64,000 nucleotides of DNA from a virus, in the IMG/VR virus record IMGVR_UViG_3300027782_000037, positions 93,277 to 157,276 of that record; one strand, written 5' to 3'. Below the pieces are notes generated by a model. That model did no database searches. It was not told the DNA's origin and saw only the letters and a program-made list of their open reading frames with translations. The position numbers were made by a program, and so were the translations under genes. Below, piece by piece: positions 47,286-57,498 of this stretch; positions within the stretch are counted from its first letter, which is position 1, and every line of letters starts with the position of its first letter.

Positions 47286-48298
47286 AAGCTCTGGTAAATT
47301 TTCAACAATAACTTGGGGTCATAAAATTCAGATTCAATATTAGTGATCTGATCTGTAACAATTTGATCCACTGATTCGAATTTTATGTCGCCCGGTGCTA
47401 AATCTGTGTCAACAGATGAGTGCTTAACAGGTATTAGTGCCATCTCCCTAAGGTTATAGTCTCTAATAAATGTTTCTTTAATGTAATTTGCTTCTTCATA
47501 GCTAATACCAATATCTAATTCTACTCGAACGTGCATATTGGGTTGAAAAATAGTTGCGGCATTGTCAATTGCATCGCTTAATTTAACCACACGGTACAAA
47601 GGCTGGTGGGGCCAAGAAAAATATTGATCTGCTTTGCCCCATTCCTTCACCATCATACCACGAGCACCGTCACCTGCATCGGCAAAGTTATGCGGGAAGC
47701 AATTTCCAATGTATGTGACGTTTTCTTTCTGTTGCCGCATATGAAAGTGACCGCTGTAAACGCTTTCAAAGCCTTTGAAGTGATCTACTTTAATCTCTCC
47801 ATGGTCCGGCATCTCCACGTTAGCGTTCATCTTAAAATGTGGCAGTTCAAAGTGGCCAAACATGTACTGCCCACTTAGTTTATGAATTTTTTTATGATCA
47901 TCACCCACTAACCAAGGGGCAATAGTAACATTGCCGTCAGTAAACCAATCGTTTACAATAATAATGTTGGGAATATGTTTAGCCCACTCTGCACCATGTA
48001 TATCACGCTTGTCACGATAATATAAATCATGGTTGCCGGGAATAAAATAGAACCGATCAAATGCTTTTGATAACTTTTCCAATGCCCTGACACTAAACTG
48101 TAGTGTTTGTAAGTTGATAGAAGCACGATGGTTATGCCAGTCGCCAAGAAACATTCCAGTTTCGCAACCTTCTTCTTTAGCTTTGCCAATAAACCAGTCA
48201 ACGAACGCTTCACAATCGCGGTTATGGACCAAGCTGTTAGATTTTAACCCCCAATGCATATCGGTACAAACTGCTACTTTCTTAAATAGATTTGTCAT
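47282..48298 (-). CDS. gp47: Recombination endonuclease nuclease subunit (Mre11/SbcD-like)
   Basis: DMHWG, LGD, GNHD, GHFE and SGHFH metallophosphoesterase motifs. Confidence 0.95.
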   Translation of the reverse strand: MTNLFKKVAVCTDMHWGLKSNSLVHNRDCEAFVDWFIGKAKEEGCETGMFLGDWHNHRASINLQTLQFSVRALEKLSKAFDRFYFIPGNHDLYYRDKRDIHGAEWAKHIPNIIIVNDWFTDGNVTIAPWLVGDDHKKIHKLSGQYMFGHFELPHFKMNANVEMPDHGEIKVDHFKGFESVYSGHFHMRQQKENVTYIGNCFPHNFADAGDGARGMMVKEWGKADQYFSWPHQPLYRVVKLSDAIDNAATIFQPNMHVRVELDIGISYEEANYIKETFIRDYNLREMALIPVKHSSVDTDLAPGDIKFESVDQIVTDQITNIESEFYDPKLLLKIYQSL

Positions 48299-48305
48299 AT
48301 AGTCA

Positions 48306-48340
48306 AGTATAAACTTTTAGTTGCGGCGATACAACTAAAA
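48306..48340 (-). promoter_or_regulatory. Sigma70-like promoter within an inverted repeat, upstream of gp47
   Basis: TTGTAT-N17-TATACT, 7 nt before the ATG; TTTTAGTTG/CAACTAAAA inverted repeat. Confidence 0.55.
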
Positions 48341-48343
48341 CGG

Positions 48344-49270
48344 CTAATCCTGATTATATTCGTCTACCGAAATATTAATTACAGGGCCGTGTGCATGTGC
48401 TTCTCGTCTACCGGAATTTTGTCTAGTCCAGCTGGGAGTTAGACCATTTTGTTCCAATAGATCATCACGAATGTTTTGATTTTTCTTTTCACTGTTCAAC
48501 ACGTGAGTAAATGAATTCGTAATGGCTGCGGTATAGTATGCAAAAGGGTTTTGCGATTTTGACTCGTCAAATCGTAATCCAATTTGTGACAATTGTACTA
48601 ATGCTGACCCGCGCATTTCTTCATTGTATGTATATCCACGCCAGTTAGATCTAGTTGCGTATCGCTCACAAAGTTTGATATACATTGTGGCCAAGGTACG
48701 TGTCACTGTGCCGTGATCTTTACAGAACTCACCAGTATCTAAGTCGCCTTTCCAGTGACTTTTGCCCACTATATAAGGTTGTTTTTTATCATCTAGTCTA
48801 TAGTGATAAAAAGGAGGAAAAGGCAAGCGTAAATATTTTACTATAGCTTCTTCGTCTGCTTCGCCTGTAACTACCAAGTCCAATAGAGAATCGTCTTCGA
48901 TTAATTCTAAGTCAAAAATATCTTCAATTTTTTTCTTTTTAGTAGCACTTTTTGGTATTTTTTTAGGTGCTGCTGGTATATGTTCCCAAGATGTCACTCT
49001 AAATACTAGGTCTGTGTTGGGGATTTTCTTTTGATCTATGACCACGCCAGTTTCTTTTTTAATACGATCTGAACGATTACGCCTAGCTTCTGCAACGGTG
49101 CGTTGATTAATTTTGGCTAAACTGGGTAAAATAATATCATATTGGTGATCGTTTTTGGGATCTTTAAAAGAACAATATGTATTTTTGCTTAGGTGTATCT
49201 GCTTTAACAGATCTCGGTTATTGAGATAAATGACTTTTTTTTGGGGTATTGGTGTTGGTGATGTGCTCAC
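48344..49270 (-). CDS. gp55: Late-transcription sigma factor (gp55-like)
   Basis: YLNNRDLL, NWRGYTYNEEM, FDESKSQNPFAYYT motifs. Start refined to GTG 49270 (AGGAGA SD). Confidence 0.88.
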   Translation of the reverse strand: MSTSPTPIPQKKVIYLNNRDLLKQIHLSKNTYCSFKDPKNDHQYDIILPSLAKINQRTVAEARRNRSDRIKKETGVVIDQKKIPNTDLVFRVTSWEHIPAAPKKIPKSATKKKKIEDIFDLELIEDDSLLDLVVTGEADEEAIVKYLRLPFPPFYHYRLDDKKQPYIVGKSHWKGDLDTGEFCKDHGTVTRTLATMYIKLCERYATRSNWRGYTYNEEMRGSALVQLSQIGLRFDESKSQNPFAYYTAAITNSFTHVLNSEKKNQNIRDDLLEQNGLTPSWTRQNSGRREAHAHGPVINISVDEYNQD

Positions 49271-49290
49271 TAAAATGTCTCCTGGACGAT

Positions 49291-49323
49291 TATTTAGTAT
49301 AGCATAAGTCAATTAATTGTCAA
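49291..49323 (-). promoter_or_regulatory. Sigma70 promoter for gp55 overlapped by a late motif
   Basis: TTGACA-N16-TATACT with TG extension; CTAAATA at 49297-49291. Confidence 0.65.
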
Positions 49324-49385
49324 CCTTTTTATATAATATTGGTATATTATTCAAGGCATAAATATTAATATAGGAAAACATTAAT

Positions 49386-50534
49386 ATGGCCACACAGATA
49401 TTTGACGATGGGTCTACTCTCACTACAACAGATACGACTGAAGTATCAATCGCTAGTATTGTTGCGACACCTGCACCTGTTGACCCTGCGGTTGATCCCG
49501 AGGTTGATCCTAGGCTTCGGGAGTATCTACGCACCCCGGCCAATCAAATTAACCGATCTGCTGATCCATCATTTTTTGATTCACTTGGTGCTGCTGTGCA
49601 GACCGGGGCATCGGCCTTGGGTGGCGCAATAACAGCGGGCCTGGGTGCTGTGGATAGCTTGGTGAATAGCCCCCTGGGCAGTCTAATTCAGCAGGGAATT
49701 ATTAACGCACGTGGCCAACCTGCTAGAGCTACACAGATAAGTAACACGGCTAGTAATAGTGACTGGCGTGTACGATTAAGCCTGGCCGAGAACGCAAATT
49801 ATCTGTATAATGATAATTCTGCCCCTAACGGTATATTGCAACCCCTGCAAGCAACCGGAGGTGTTATATTTCCATATACCCCCAAGATTGATATGTCGTA
49901 TAAGGCAAATTATGCGCCATACAATCCCACGCATTCTAATTACCGTGGTTACTTTTATACAAATAGCCAGGTAAATGATATTACTATAACTGGAAAATTT
50001 ACCGCACAGGATACTGTACAGGCAAATTATCTATTGGCGGTAATACATTTTTTACGATCAGCAACCAAAATGTTTTATGGGCAGGATCCTCAACGTGGAT
50101 CTCCTCCGCCGCTATTATTCTTATCAGGATTAGGGCAATATCAGTTTAATGACCATCCTTGTTTGTTGACTAGTTTTACATATAACTTACCCGAAGACGT
50201 TGATTATATTCGTGCCCAGGTTGTTAATCAGGCAAATCTTAACCTAACAGCACAAAATATAGTTAAGCAAGCCGTACCGGTTATTGGTGCGGCTGCATCG
50301 TTACTAAGGTTATCCAATGCACATACATCTAAAGGTGCGCAGCCAGTAATACCATTTGGTACAGGTATACCAGCTTCGTTACCCAGTTTAGCACAAGGGT
50401 CACCTACCTATGTGCCCACAAAAATGGATATTAGTATTACGCTATTACCAGTCAACACTCGGCAACAAGTTAGTCAACAGTTTAGTTTGCAAAATTATGC
50501 TAATGGTAATGGTCTTAAAGCAGGATTCTGGTAA
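49386..50534 (+). CDS. Baseplate/tail-tube initiator-like protein (gp48/gp54-like)
   Basis: GVIFPYTP.I...Y.ANY...THSNY, HFLRS.TKM.YG...G.PPP motifs; first gene of the baseplate operon; late motif at 49358-49364. Confidence 0.6.
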   Translation: MATQIFDDGSTLTTTDTTEVSIASIVATPAPVDPAVDPEVDPRLREYLRTPANQINRSADPSFFDSLGAAVQTGASALGGAITAGLGAVDSLVNSPLGSLIQQGIINARGQPARATQISNTASNSDWRVRLSLAENANYLYNDNSAPNGILQPLQATGGVIFPYTPKIDMSYKANYAPYNPTHSNYRGYFYTNSQVNDITITGKFTAQDTVQANYLLAVIHFLRSATKMFYGQDPQRGSPPPLLFLSGLGQYQFNDHPCLLTSFTYNLPEDVDYIRAQVVNQANLNLTAQNIVKQAVPVIGAAASLLRLSNAHTSKGAQPVIPFGTGIPASLPSLAQGSPTYVPTKMDISITLLPVNTRQQVSQQFSLQNYANGNGLKAGFW

Positions 50535-50836
50535 TGACAGCAACTTATAATCAAAATAGCCCTTATTATTTGACTCAATATAGTCAATACTTTTTGGATG
50601 TCATGGTCAATCGCCCTATCCCAAAGTTACCCGATGACCAATATTTCACAATAAATTCAACTTATCAGTATCGCCCGGATCTGTTGTCATTTGACCTATA
50701 TGATGACAGTAATCTATGGTGGGTATTTTACCAGAGAAATCCCAACGCACTCAACAAGCCGCCCTTGGATTTTATATCTGGTACACAAATCTATCTACCA
50801 AATATTAACACATTAAGATCGGCGTTGGGAATTTGA
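50534..50836 (+). CDS. gp53: Baseplate wedge LysM-like protein (gp53-like)
   Basis: YRPDLLSFDLY....LWWVF...N......DF..G..I.LP. Confidence 0.8.
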   Translation: MTATYNQNSPYYLTQYSQYFLDVMVNRPIPKLPDDQYFTINSTYQYRPDLLSFDLYDDSNLWWVFYQRNPNALNKPPLDFISGTQIYLPNINTLRSALGI

Positions 50837-50837
50837 T

Positions 50838-52271
50838 ATGGGAACACTATTCGCACCTAGACAAAATATTAACTGGACTCCGGAACAGTTAGCTGAGCAG
50901 AGAGCCCAGACTGACGCTGCCAATGAGCGTCGAACAGTCAGTCTAGCACAAAGCCAAAGCACTTCCCCTGGTCCATCAACCGGGGCAGTACCGTATACCG
51001 CACCAGCACCAGCTGTTACTATAGAAAATGGTGTAAGAACCACTAGCTATAACATTCAAGATTTGCAGCTTAACGCCAAAGTGGAAGCCTATACCGCAGC
51101 AAGAGCCCAGGGAAAATCAGAAGAAGAAGCTGAAAATATAGGCTCCACCGCAGGTCTTAATGCAGGTGATTCCGCACTTAGGGGAGTATATACAGATTAC
51201 GAAGCAAGGACTGGTGCCAGCTCACCTGGGGTAGGTTCAGACACCGATGACAATAGTAATGGCATCAATACTCTATCAGGAACAAATGCCGGTTTAAATT
51301 CTTCTACCCAGCCCTCAGGTGGCATTAAACCACAACCCAATGTGCTGGATAATTTTGCTAGTTATACATATAATATTGGTTGGTATCTTTTAACTTTACC
51401 ACAAGCGACTACGGTCATGACTAGTTCTAAGATAAACACTAGTCAATGGTCTTTATTAGTGCAGAGTGGTGGCGCACCAGCATCACAGCAAGGATCATCA
51501 CAAACGGGAACTGCGGGACTGGCAATACCTAGCCTTTCCAACTTAATCTCAGATACATTAACCAAAGGTGGTACTGCCACTAGATCTTCGGGGGGAAGAA
51601 ATCAATTCTTCCCACTGGACTATTATATAGATAATTTAGAAATAACAGCAGTGATCGCAGGGGAGGCACAAGGAACTATTTCTTCTATAAATTTTCGAGT
51701 AACTGAACCTAATGGATTAACTTTACTACCTAATCTTAATAGTGCAGTAAGACAAGCGTATAAAAATACCACCTCAACTCCCAGGGAGGCTCATTATTGT
51801 TTAGTTATAAAATTTTACGGTTGGGATATTAATGGTAATTTAATAACTGATCCAACTAGTAGTCGAGGAGTACCGGGTGCCACACCATCTGGGTCAAATG
51901 CGGCAGTTGTAAGATATTATCCATTCCAAATTACAAAATTTGATTTTAAACTAGCCAGTAAGCAAGTAGAGTATTCAATCGAAGGAGTCGCGTCCCCTTT
52001 TAAATATGCCACATCCACTGCATTTGGTAGCGTACCTTATAACATAGAACTCACAGGTGAAACGGTGAAACAAGTATTGGTGGGTAATGGTACTACCAGC
52101 ACAGTTCCGCTTGATTCCAAGGGAAAACCGATAGGCGCAGGAAGAGAAGCAACCAACAAGGATACCGCGGGAACAACTGATACTACTAAAGATGTCAATA
52201 CCCCTATCACTAATGCCGAAATACAGGCATTGTCAGTGCAGGCAACAAATAACGGCAATGTTGCTATATAA
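50838..52271 (+). CDS. Putative baseplate hub protein, N-terminal half (gp27-like)
   Basis: Between gp53 and gp5; NVLDNFASYTY, I.F.VTEP.G, IKFYG.D..G motifs. Confidence 0.5.
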   Translation: MGTLFAPRQNINWTPEQLAEQRAQTDAANERRTVSLAQSQSTSPGPSTGAVPYTAPAPAVTIENGVRTTSYNIQDLQLNAKVEAYTAARAQGKSEEEAENIGSTAGLNAGDSALRGVYTDYEARTGASSPGVGSDTDDNSNGINTLSGTNAGLNSSTQPSGGIKPQPNVLDNFASYTYNIGWYLLTLPQATTVMTSSKINTSQWSLLVQSGGAPASQQGSSQTGTAGLAIPSLSNLISDTLTKGGTATRSSGGRNQFFPLDYYIDNLEITAVIAGEAQGTISSINFRVTEPNGLTLLPNLNSAVRQAYKNTTSTPREAHYCLVIKFYGWDINGNLITDPTSSRGVPGATPSGSNAAVVRYYPFQITKFDFKLASKQVEYSIEGVASPFKYATSTAFGSVPYNIELTGETVKQVLVGNGTTSTVPLDSKGKPIGAGREATNKDTAGTTDTTKDVNTPITNAEIQALSVQATNNGNVAI

Positions 52272-52280
52272 GGACTAATC

Positions 52281-54131
52281 ATGGCAGCGACAACAACAGT
52301 ACTTCCTACAGTTAACATAGGTGACTTTCAGACTGCGGATCGATTGGCTACTCAGGCTGCACCAAACGTTAGACCCTCTGACTTAATGAGCGAAGGTGAC
52401 TTTCAGAGTGCGGATAGATTGGCTACGCAGACCGCGACTGCTAGACAGCCAGCAGGAACACCCAATACTTCAAACACCACCGCTGCTCCGGCCAAGGCAG
52501 ACGCTGCACCCAAGGGTGGCGCGGCAGTTTCGTACGTTGGGTTATGTGATGCAATGAATTCTTACGAAAAAAGTCTAGTTAAAGCTGGCGTAGTTGAGTT
52601 TGCCAATCAATATGATATACAATTTGTTCCTGCAAATAAATTAGCCAGTGCAAAAGTAGCACCAAAAGGTCCGACCGAGCTAGCCGCTAAATCTATGGCA
52701 AACTCAAACACCGCCGCCGCCAAGGTTGATTCAAGTAAAACTGCTGTTGACATGACATCACAAAGATTTACCTTGGTTGCGGGTGCGCAGATCATTCAGT
52801 TTATTAGTATGGTTTTACAAAATAGTACTTATATTACTAATCAACTAAAAGCAGTACAAGATCCTACTAAAGCGGACAAACAAGCTACCCCACAATCGCC
52901 TACTACTAAAACAACCGATTGGTTTAGAATTTCTGTTAGTGCAGTCCCGATAGGCACCACAAAAGATAAAAAAAGAAATGATTACCCTTATAAAATAACC
53001 TATCTTGTAACCACATATGCCATTAATCAAATGCAAAGTCAGTATTTCAATGATGCAAAATTTAGGGGCATACATAAATCATATAATTATTGGTTCACCG
53101 GCCAGAATACGCAAGTATTAAGATATGAACAGAGTTATAATACTCAATTCTTTTATGTAATGGGTAGTCGTAGCAAATTACAAGGTCCTCAAAATTCTAC
53201 ACAAACAGATGATATAGCGAAGATTATCGCCAAACCGCTGGGTGATCCGGCTAACATTCCGTCACAGCCTAACGCATCTATCCAAGGGTCAACCAATGAC
53301 GCCAATACACCAACAGCTACGGCTGCTGATTACCTGTATAGCATGGCAGATCAAGGTGTAGTTAAAATACAAATTGTTGGAGACCCGGCTTGGTTGTTAC
53401 AGGGAGAAGTGAAAGGAATAACTGCTAACAGCGTTAACTTTAATGGATTTTATCCTGATGGTAGCGTATGTTACGAAACACAAGAGGTAGTGTTTGCCAT
53501 TAATTTTAATGCTCCGGCAGATTACAATAGTGCATCGGGATCAGGTGGACCCGCCGGTGGCACTGGATTGATGGATACTATATCACGGTCTTCTCCGATT
53601 AATAGTGCCAGAGGATCGACACAGGCCAGTGCCGCATATAGAGCAACCACCATAAAAAGTACGTTTAGTAAAGGAAGTTTTACCCAAGAATTAGAAGGAA
53701 CTGCACTTACTAATTTAAATGCCAAACAAATAGCTGATGCAAGTAATGGTAGATCAGTCAAAGGGTCTGCCGGCGGCAATGGCGCAGTACGTTCCGATCC
53801 CAATGGCATTGCATCAGACTCAGACGCACCGGAATTGGCGAGCGGAGCATCACCCAAATCGGTGGCTGATCAGGTTAATGATTTTGAGAGTGGACTTCCA
53901 CCGGATACGTCAGCAGCACAATCTAATGATGTATCTATAGCATCAACCCGGCTGTCAAACCCTCCGGGGCCAACTACGTCTAACGGTATAGATGTGACAG
54001 ATCGTGATCCTATAGTAACTACTTCTACTCCGGGGGTTGGCCCACCCGCTACTGCTGCTGAACTACGCAACCTATTTCTAAATACTCCACCGTCAAACAA
54101 TCAGCAAACCTCGGCAGCAAGGGATCCATAA
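52281..54131 (+). CDS. Putative baseplate hub protein, C-terminal half (gp27-like)
   Basis: K.YNYWFTGQN, IQIVGDPAWL, Y....I.S.FSKG.FTQ.L.G motifs resemble the C-terminal part of hub proteins. Confidence 0.55.
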   Translation: MAATTTVLPTVNIGDFQTADRLATQAAPNVRPSDLMSEGDFQSADRLATQTATARQPAGTPNTSNTTAAPAKADAAPKGGAAVSYVGLCDAMNSYEKSLVKAGVVEFANQYDIQFVPANKLASAKVAPKGPTELAAKSMANSNTAAAKVDSSKTAVDMTSQRFTLVAGAQIIQFISMVLQNSTYITNQLKAVQDPTKADKQATPQSPTTKTTDWFRISVSAVPIGTTKDKKRNDYPYKITYLVTTYAINQMQSQYFNDAKFRGIHKSYNYWFTGQNTQVLRYEQSYNTQFFYVMGSRSKLQGPQNSTQTDDIAKIIAKPLGDPANIPSQPNASIQGSTNDANTPTATAADYLYSMADQGVVKIQIVGDPAWLLQGEVKGITANSVNFNGFYPDGSVCYETQEVVFAINFNAPADYNSASGSGGPAGGTGLMDTISRSSPINSARGSTQASAAYRATTIKSTFSKGSFTQELEGTALTNLNAKQIADASNGRSVKGSAGGNGAVRSDPNGIASDSDAPELASGASPKSVADQVNDFESGLPPDTSAAQSNDVSIASTRLSNPPGPTTSNGIDVTDRDPIVTTSTPGVGPPATAAELRNLFLNTPPSNNQQTSAARDP

Positions 54132-55645
54132 TGGCAATTAATGTAAACAAAACAACAGGCAAGAATTCGGCATACAACTTTGATAAAGGAAATATGCCCG
54201 CGGAGTTTGGGCCATATATCGGGGAAGTGGTTAATAATGTAGATCCCACACGCAGTGGTAGACTACAGGTATACATAACTCAATTCAGTGGCGGTGATAA
54301 GACAAACAAGTCACTATGGCGAACAGTATCTCCAATTCAACAACAAGGAGGGGCAACGCCTAAGACCAGTACGTCAACTGGTGTTGGCACATACGGCTCC
54401 ACCAACAATCAACAGAGTTATGGATCCGCTGCACCCGGTCCTGATATTGGCACACAGGTATTGTGTATATTTGTTGCAGGGCAGGGACTGGAAGGTTATT
54501 ATATAGGTATTATACCAACACAGGGCATTAATCATATGACTCCTGCTATTGGTGCAACCCCAGCGGCGGAACCACAGAATACAAACCAGTCTACATATTT
54601 CGCCAAGGCCCCGCAACTTCCTGTTTCTGAAATCAATAACGCGGAAGAAAATACCGCCATTACCGAGAATCCTAAGTTTTACGACCAGAAAAAACCGGTG
54701 CATAGCTACGCAGCCCAGGGATTATTTCAACAGGGTGTAGTTAATGATCCTATTCGTGGTCCTATAACTTCCTCCAGTCAAAGAGAAAGCCCCAGTACTG
54801 TTTCTGGTATGAGTACCCCGGGTAGACCCGTGTATAAAGGTGGGTACGATGATGCTACTGTTGTGCAGAAAGTTTCGTCAGGGTCAGTTCCTGCAGATTC
54901 GGTGGATATAGTAGGACGTAAGGGTGGACATTCTGTTGTTTTAGATGATGGTGATGCCAGCGGAAAAAATTCCATGGTACGATTCCGTACGGCCAAGGGA
55001 CATCAGGTTACATTAAGTGATGATGGCAACAATCTCTATATCGCCCATGCAAATGGACAAGTATGGTTAGAGTTCGGACAAGAAGGTACATTAGACGTAT
55101 ATACGACAAATTCTATCAATTTACGTACAGAAGGCACAATAAATCTACATGCTGACAAAGATTTTAATGTATGGGCCGGCGGAAACATCAACATGAAAAG
55201 TAATGTAGCCACCACCATGCAAAGTGAAGGTACATTTACCTGCGCCAACAAAGATGTATTGACTCTGTTTAGTCAAGCAACCATAGGAATCAAGAGTAGT
55301 GGTGCATTGACACTTGATGGTAAGACCAGTTCATGGAATGGTGGCGGCAGTTTAGCATTACAAGCAGGTACTATAGATTTAAATCCCGGATCTGCTGCGT
55401 CTGTAGCTATACCCCAGGGATTAGTGGAATATACTATGCCGGATAGCAGTTTTAATTCGTCGTCTGGCTGGGACGTAGCATCTGAGGGAGTTAAGAGTAT
55501 TGTTACTCGAGCACCTGCGCATGAACCTTGGCCTTATCATAATCAAGGGGTACAGGTAAATGTTAACTTGAGTGATGGCTCCAATTCAAGTCCACCTGGG
55601 GCACCCACAGTTCCCGCGGGCACATCAATAACTAAGACAGCATAA
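54131..55645 (+). CDS. gp5: Baseplate central spike (gp5/VgrG-like), no lysozyme domain
   Basis: OB-fold GEVVNNVDP..SGRLQV; RKGGHSVVLDDG, RFRTAKGHQ; beta-helix repeats; P.HEPWPYH tip. Confidence 0.8.
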   Translation: MAINVNKTTGKNSAYNFDKGNMPAEFGPYIGEVVNNVDPTRSGRLQVYITQFSGGDKTNKSLWRTVSPIQQQGGATPKTSTSTGVGTYGSTNNQQSYGSAAPGPDIGTQVLCIFVAGQGLEGYYIGIIPTQGINHMTPAIGATPAAEPQNTNQSTYFAKAPQLPVSEINNAEENTAITENPKFYDQKKPVHSYAAQGLFQQGVVNDPIRGPITSSSQRESPSTVSGMSTPGRPVYKGGYDDATVVQKVSSGSVPADSVDIVGRKGGHSVVLDDGDASGKNSMVRFRTAKGHQVTLSDDGNNLYIAHANGQVWLEFGQEGTLDVYTTNSINLRTEGTINLHADKDFNVWAGGNINMKSNVATTMQSEGTFTCANKDVLTLFSQATIGIKSSGALTLDGKTSSWNGGGSLALQAGTIDLNPGSAASVAIPQGLVEYTMPDSSFNSSSGWDVASEGVKSIVTRAPAHEPWPYHNQGVQVNVNLSDGSNSSPPGAPTVPAGTSITKTA

Positions 55646-55646
55646 C

Positions 55647-57479
55647 ATGGCAATTTATAACTATACATTACCATCCGGGGCAACATTTCAAGTATCGGCT
55701 CCCTCTGGTACCACACAAGAAGAAGCAGATGATATTTTTTATTCGCAAGTAGCGGCAGGTACATTTGTTGGATATGATGTGGGTGACACCTTAATTAATC
55801 CCACACAAGCTCTGGAAAATTTTGGTATTACTCGACTACAACGCGGTACTGCGGGCGTGGATGATCAGACTTTGCTGGCTATTATATCTGGGCTACCGAT
55901 AGTTGCGTCACTTCCATCCTTAACCTCACAACCTGTTGCTAATCCAATAGACCAATCAAGTTATATACAAGTTACCAGTACGCCCACTGGTACAGTTAAC
56001 CTATCATTGCAAGCAGGCCAATTAACTCCGCAGCAAACACAGTCTTTAATGGCGCAAATGGCGGCAAATGCAAATAATACTCCTGATACATTTACCCAAG
56101 CTGATGGTATCGGATTATACGGGTTTAACTGTAATCAACTTGAGCAAGCCGGAATAGTTAAACCCGGTATGAGTCAATTATACTGTCCTCTTGATTCTAA
56201 TGGTAATAATCCCTCTAATTTTGTTAGTTTTATGACGTCACCAACACCCTGGACCGGATTATATGGCATTACCAGTATCAATGATCTGTTAAATGATGCA
56301 GGATTGCAAAATGAAATACAACAGGACTTATTGCAACAAACTTATGATCAATTGGTGTACAGCGGAGTAGTTGTACCCCCTAAACCAAAAGTCACCACCG
56401 CCAGTATCACCACAGGACTGGTATACAATTCCTCGGGCTCACTGCTGTCTGCTACTCCACTATCGTTATTGGTAATGGGACATAATGATTCAACAAGTCT
56501 ACAGAATTCCTTTCTAAGCACACTTGGTGCCGCTGGTAGCACGACAAATAATTTATTTTCTAACCTAGCCGGTACTCCCCTGGGAAGTGTACCCGCAGCT
56601 ATACAGAATTTTGGTACATCGGCGGTTGCGCAATATACTTCTGGCTTGGCATCATTATCCACTGGTGCGGTTGGGTTTGCTACAGGGGCATTGAATAGTG
56701 TTACTGCGGCTACCGGAGCGGTCGCTACACAATTGTCTGGATTGTCCTCAGGATTAGTTGGCGGTGCGGTTGCATCTGCGGCTAGTGTTATACAATCAAC
56801 AGTTAACGGAGATGTAGGTGCGTTGATGGCAGTGGGAAGTAAATACGGCACCAGTATTGCCAGTGCATGGTCCAGTACAACTGATTCAATATCCTCGTTG
56901 GGTGCATCGGTAACCACAGGAGTGGGATCGCTGGCCGCTGGGATTGGTAGTAGTGTATCAGGTTTAGCATCAAATATTACAGCATCCGCCGGTGCGTTAG
57001 CATCGGGAATACAAAGTCAAGTGACTGCGTTGTCATCGGGTATCAGTAGCCTAGCAAAATCTGCCCAAGCCAGCATTAACTTCAGTGATTTTTCTTTAAG
57101 TAGTTTAGTATCCAGGGTTCAACCAGCCGCAGGGTTCACAAACACAGTAAATCGAGCCACAGTTGACGCAGCAGTAACCCGAATTATAGGATCTCCACTA
57201 ATAACCCCACCGGTATATGCATTACCCTCAATACAGTCCTTGGGTACAGCATTAGACATTAAAACTGCACAAAACTTACTGGCAAAAACGCAATCTATTG
57301 CAAGTGGAGCTACTGGGCTAATAACTGGTATAACCGCCGGGGGAAAGAATCTAATACAAGGATCTCTATCACAAGTTCAATCGGTATTAAACTCAGCACA
57401 AGGGGTTCAACAAGCGGCCAACAATGTGGTTTCGCAAGCAAAACGATTGGGTAACAGCCTGTTACCCCCGGGCAACTAA
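55647..57479 (+). CDS. Baseplate-associated protein with possible degenerate lysozyme-like domain and Ser/Ala/Gly-rich helical tail
   Basis: GIGLYGF...QLE.AG.VKPG...WTG..G...LL....Q motif; located between gp5 and gp25. Confidence 0.45.
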   Translation: MAIYNYTLPSGATFQVSAPSGTTQEEADDIFYSQVAAGTFVGYDVGDTLINPTQALENFGITRLQRGTAGVDDQTLLAIISGLPIVASLPSLTSQPVANPIDQSSYIQVTSTPTGTVNLSLQAGQLTPQQTQSLMAQMAANANNTPDTFTQADGIGLYGFNCNQLEQAGIVKPGMSQLYCPLDSNGNNPSNFVSFMTSPTPWTGLYGITSINDLLNDAGLQNEIQQDLLQQTYDQLVYSGVVVPPKPKVTTASITTGLVYNSSGSLLSATPLSLLVMGHNDSTSLQNSFLSTLGAAGSTTNNLFSNLAGTPLGSVPAAIQNFGTSAVAQYTSGLASLSTGAVGFATGALNSVTAATGAVATQLSGLSSGLVGGAVASAASVIQSTVNGDVGALMAVGSKYGTSIASAWSSTTDSISSLGASVTTGVGSLAAGIGSSVSGLASNITASAGALASGIQSQVTALSSGISSLAKSAQASINFSDFSLSSLVSRVQPAAGFTNTVNRATVDAAVTRIIGSPLITPPVYALPSIQSLGTALDIKTAQNLLAKTQSIASGATGLITGITAGGKNLIQGSLSQVQSVLNSAQGVQQAANNVVSQAKRLGNSLLPPGN

Positions 57480-57498
57480 GTTAGGGTAAATACATATT

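Noticed and set aside
49313-49632. Short ORFs 49313-49543 (-) and 49402-49632 (+)
   Set aside because: They overlap the baseplate gene and promoter region with no coding signal.
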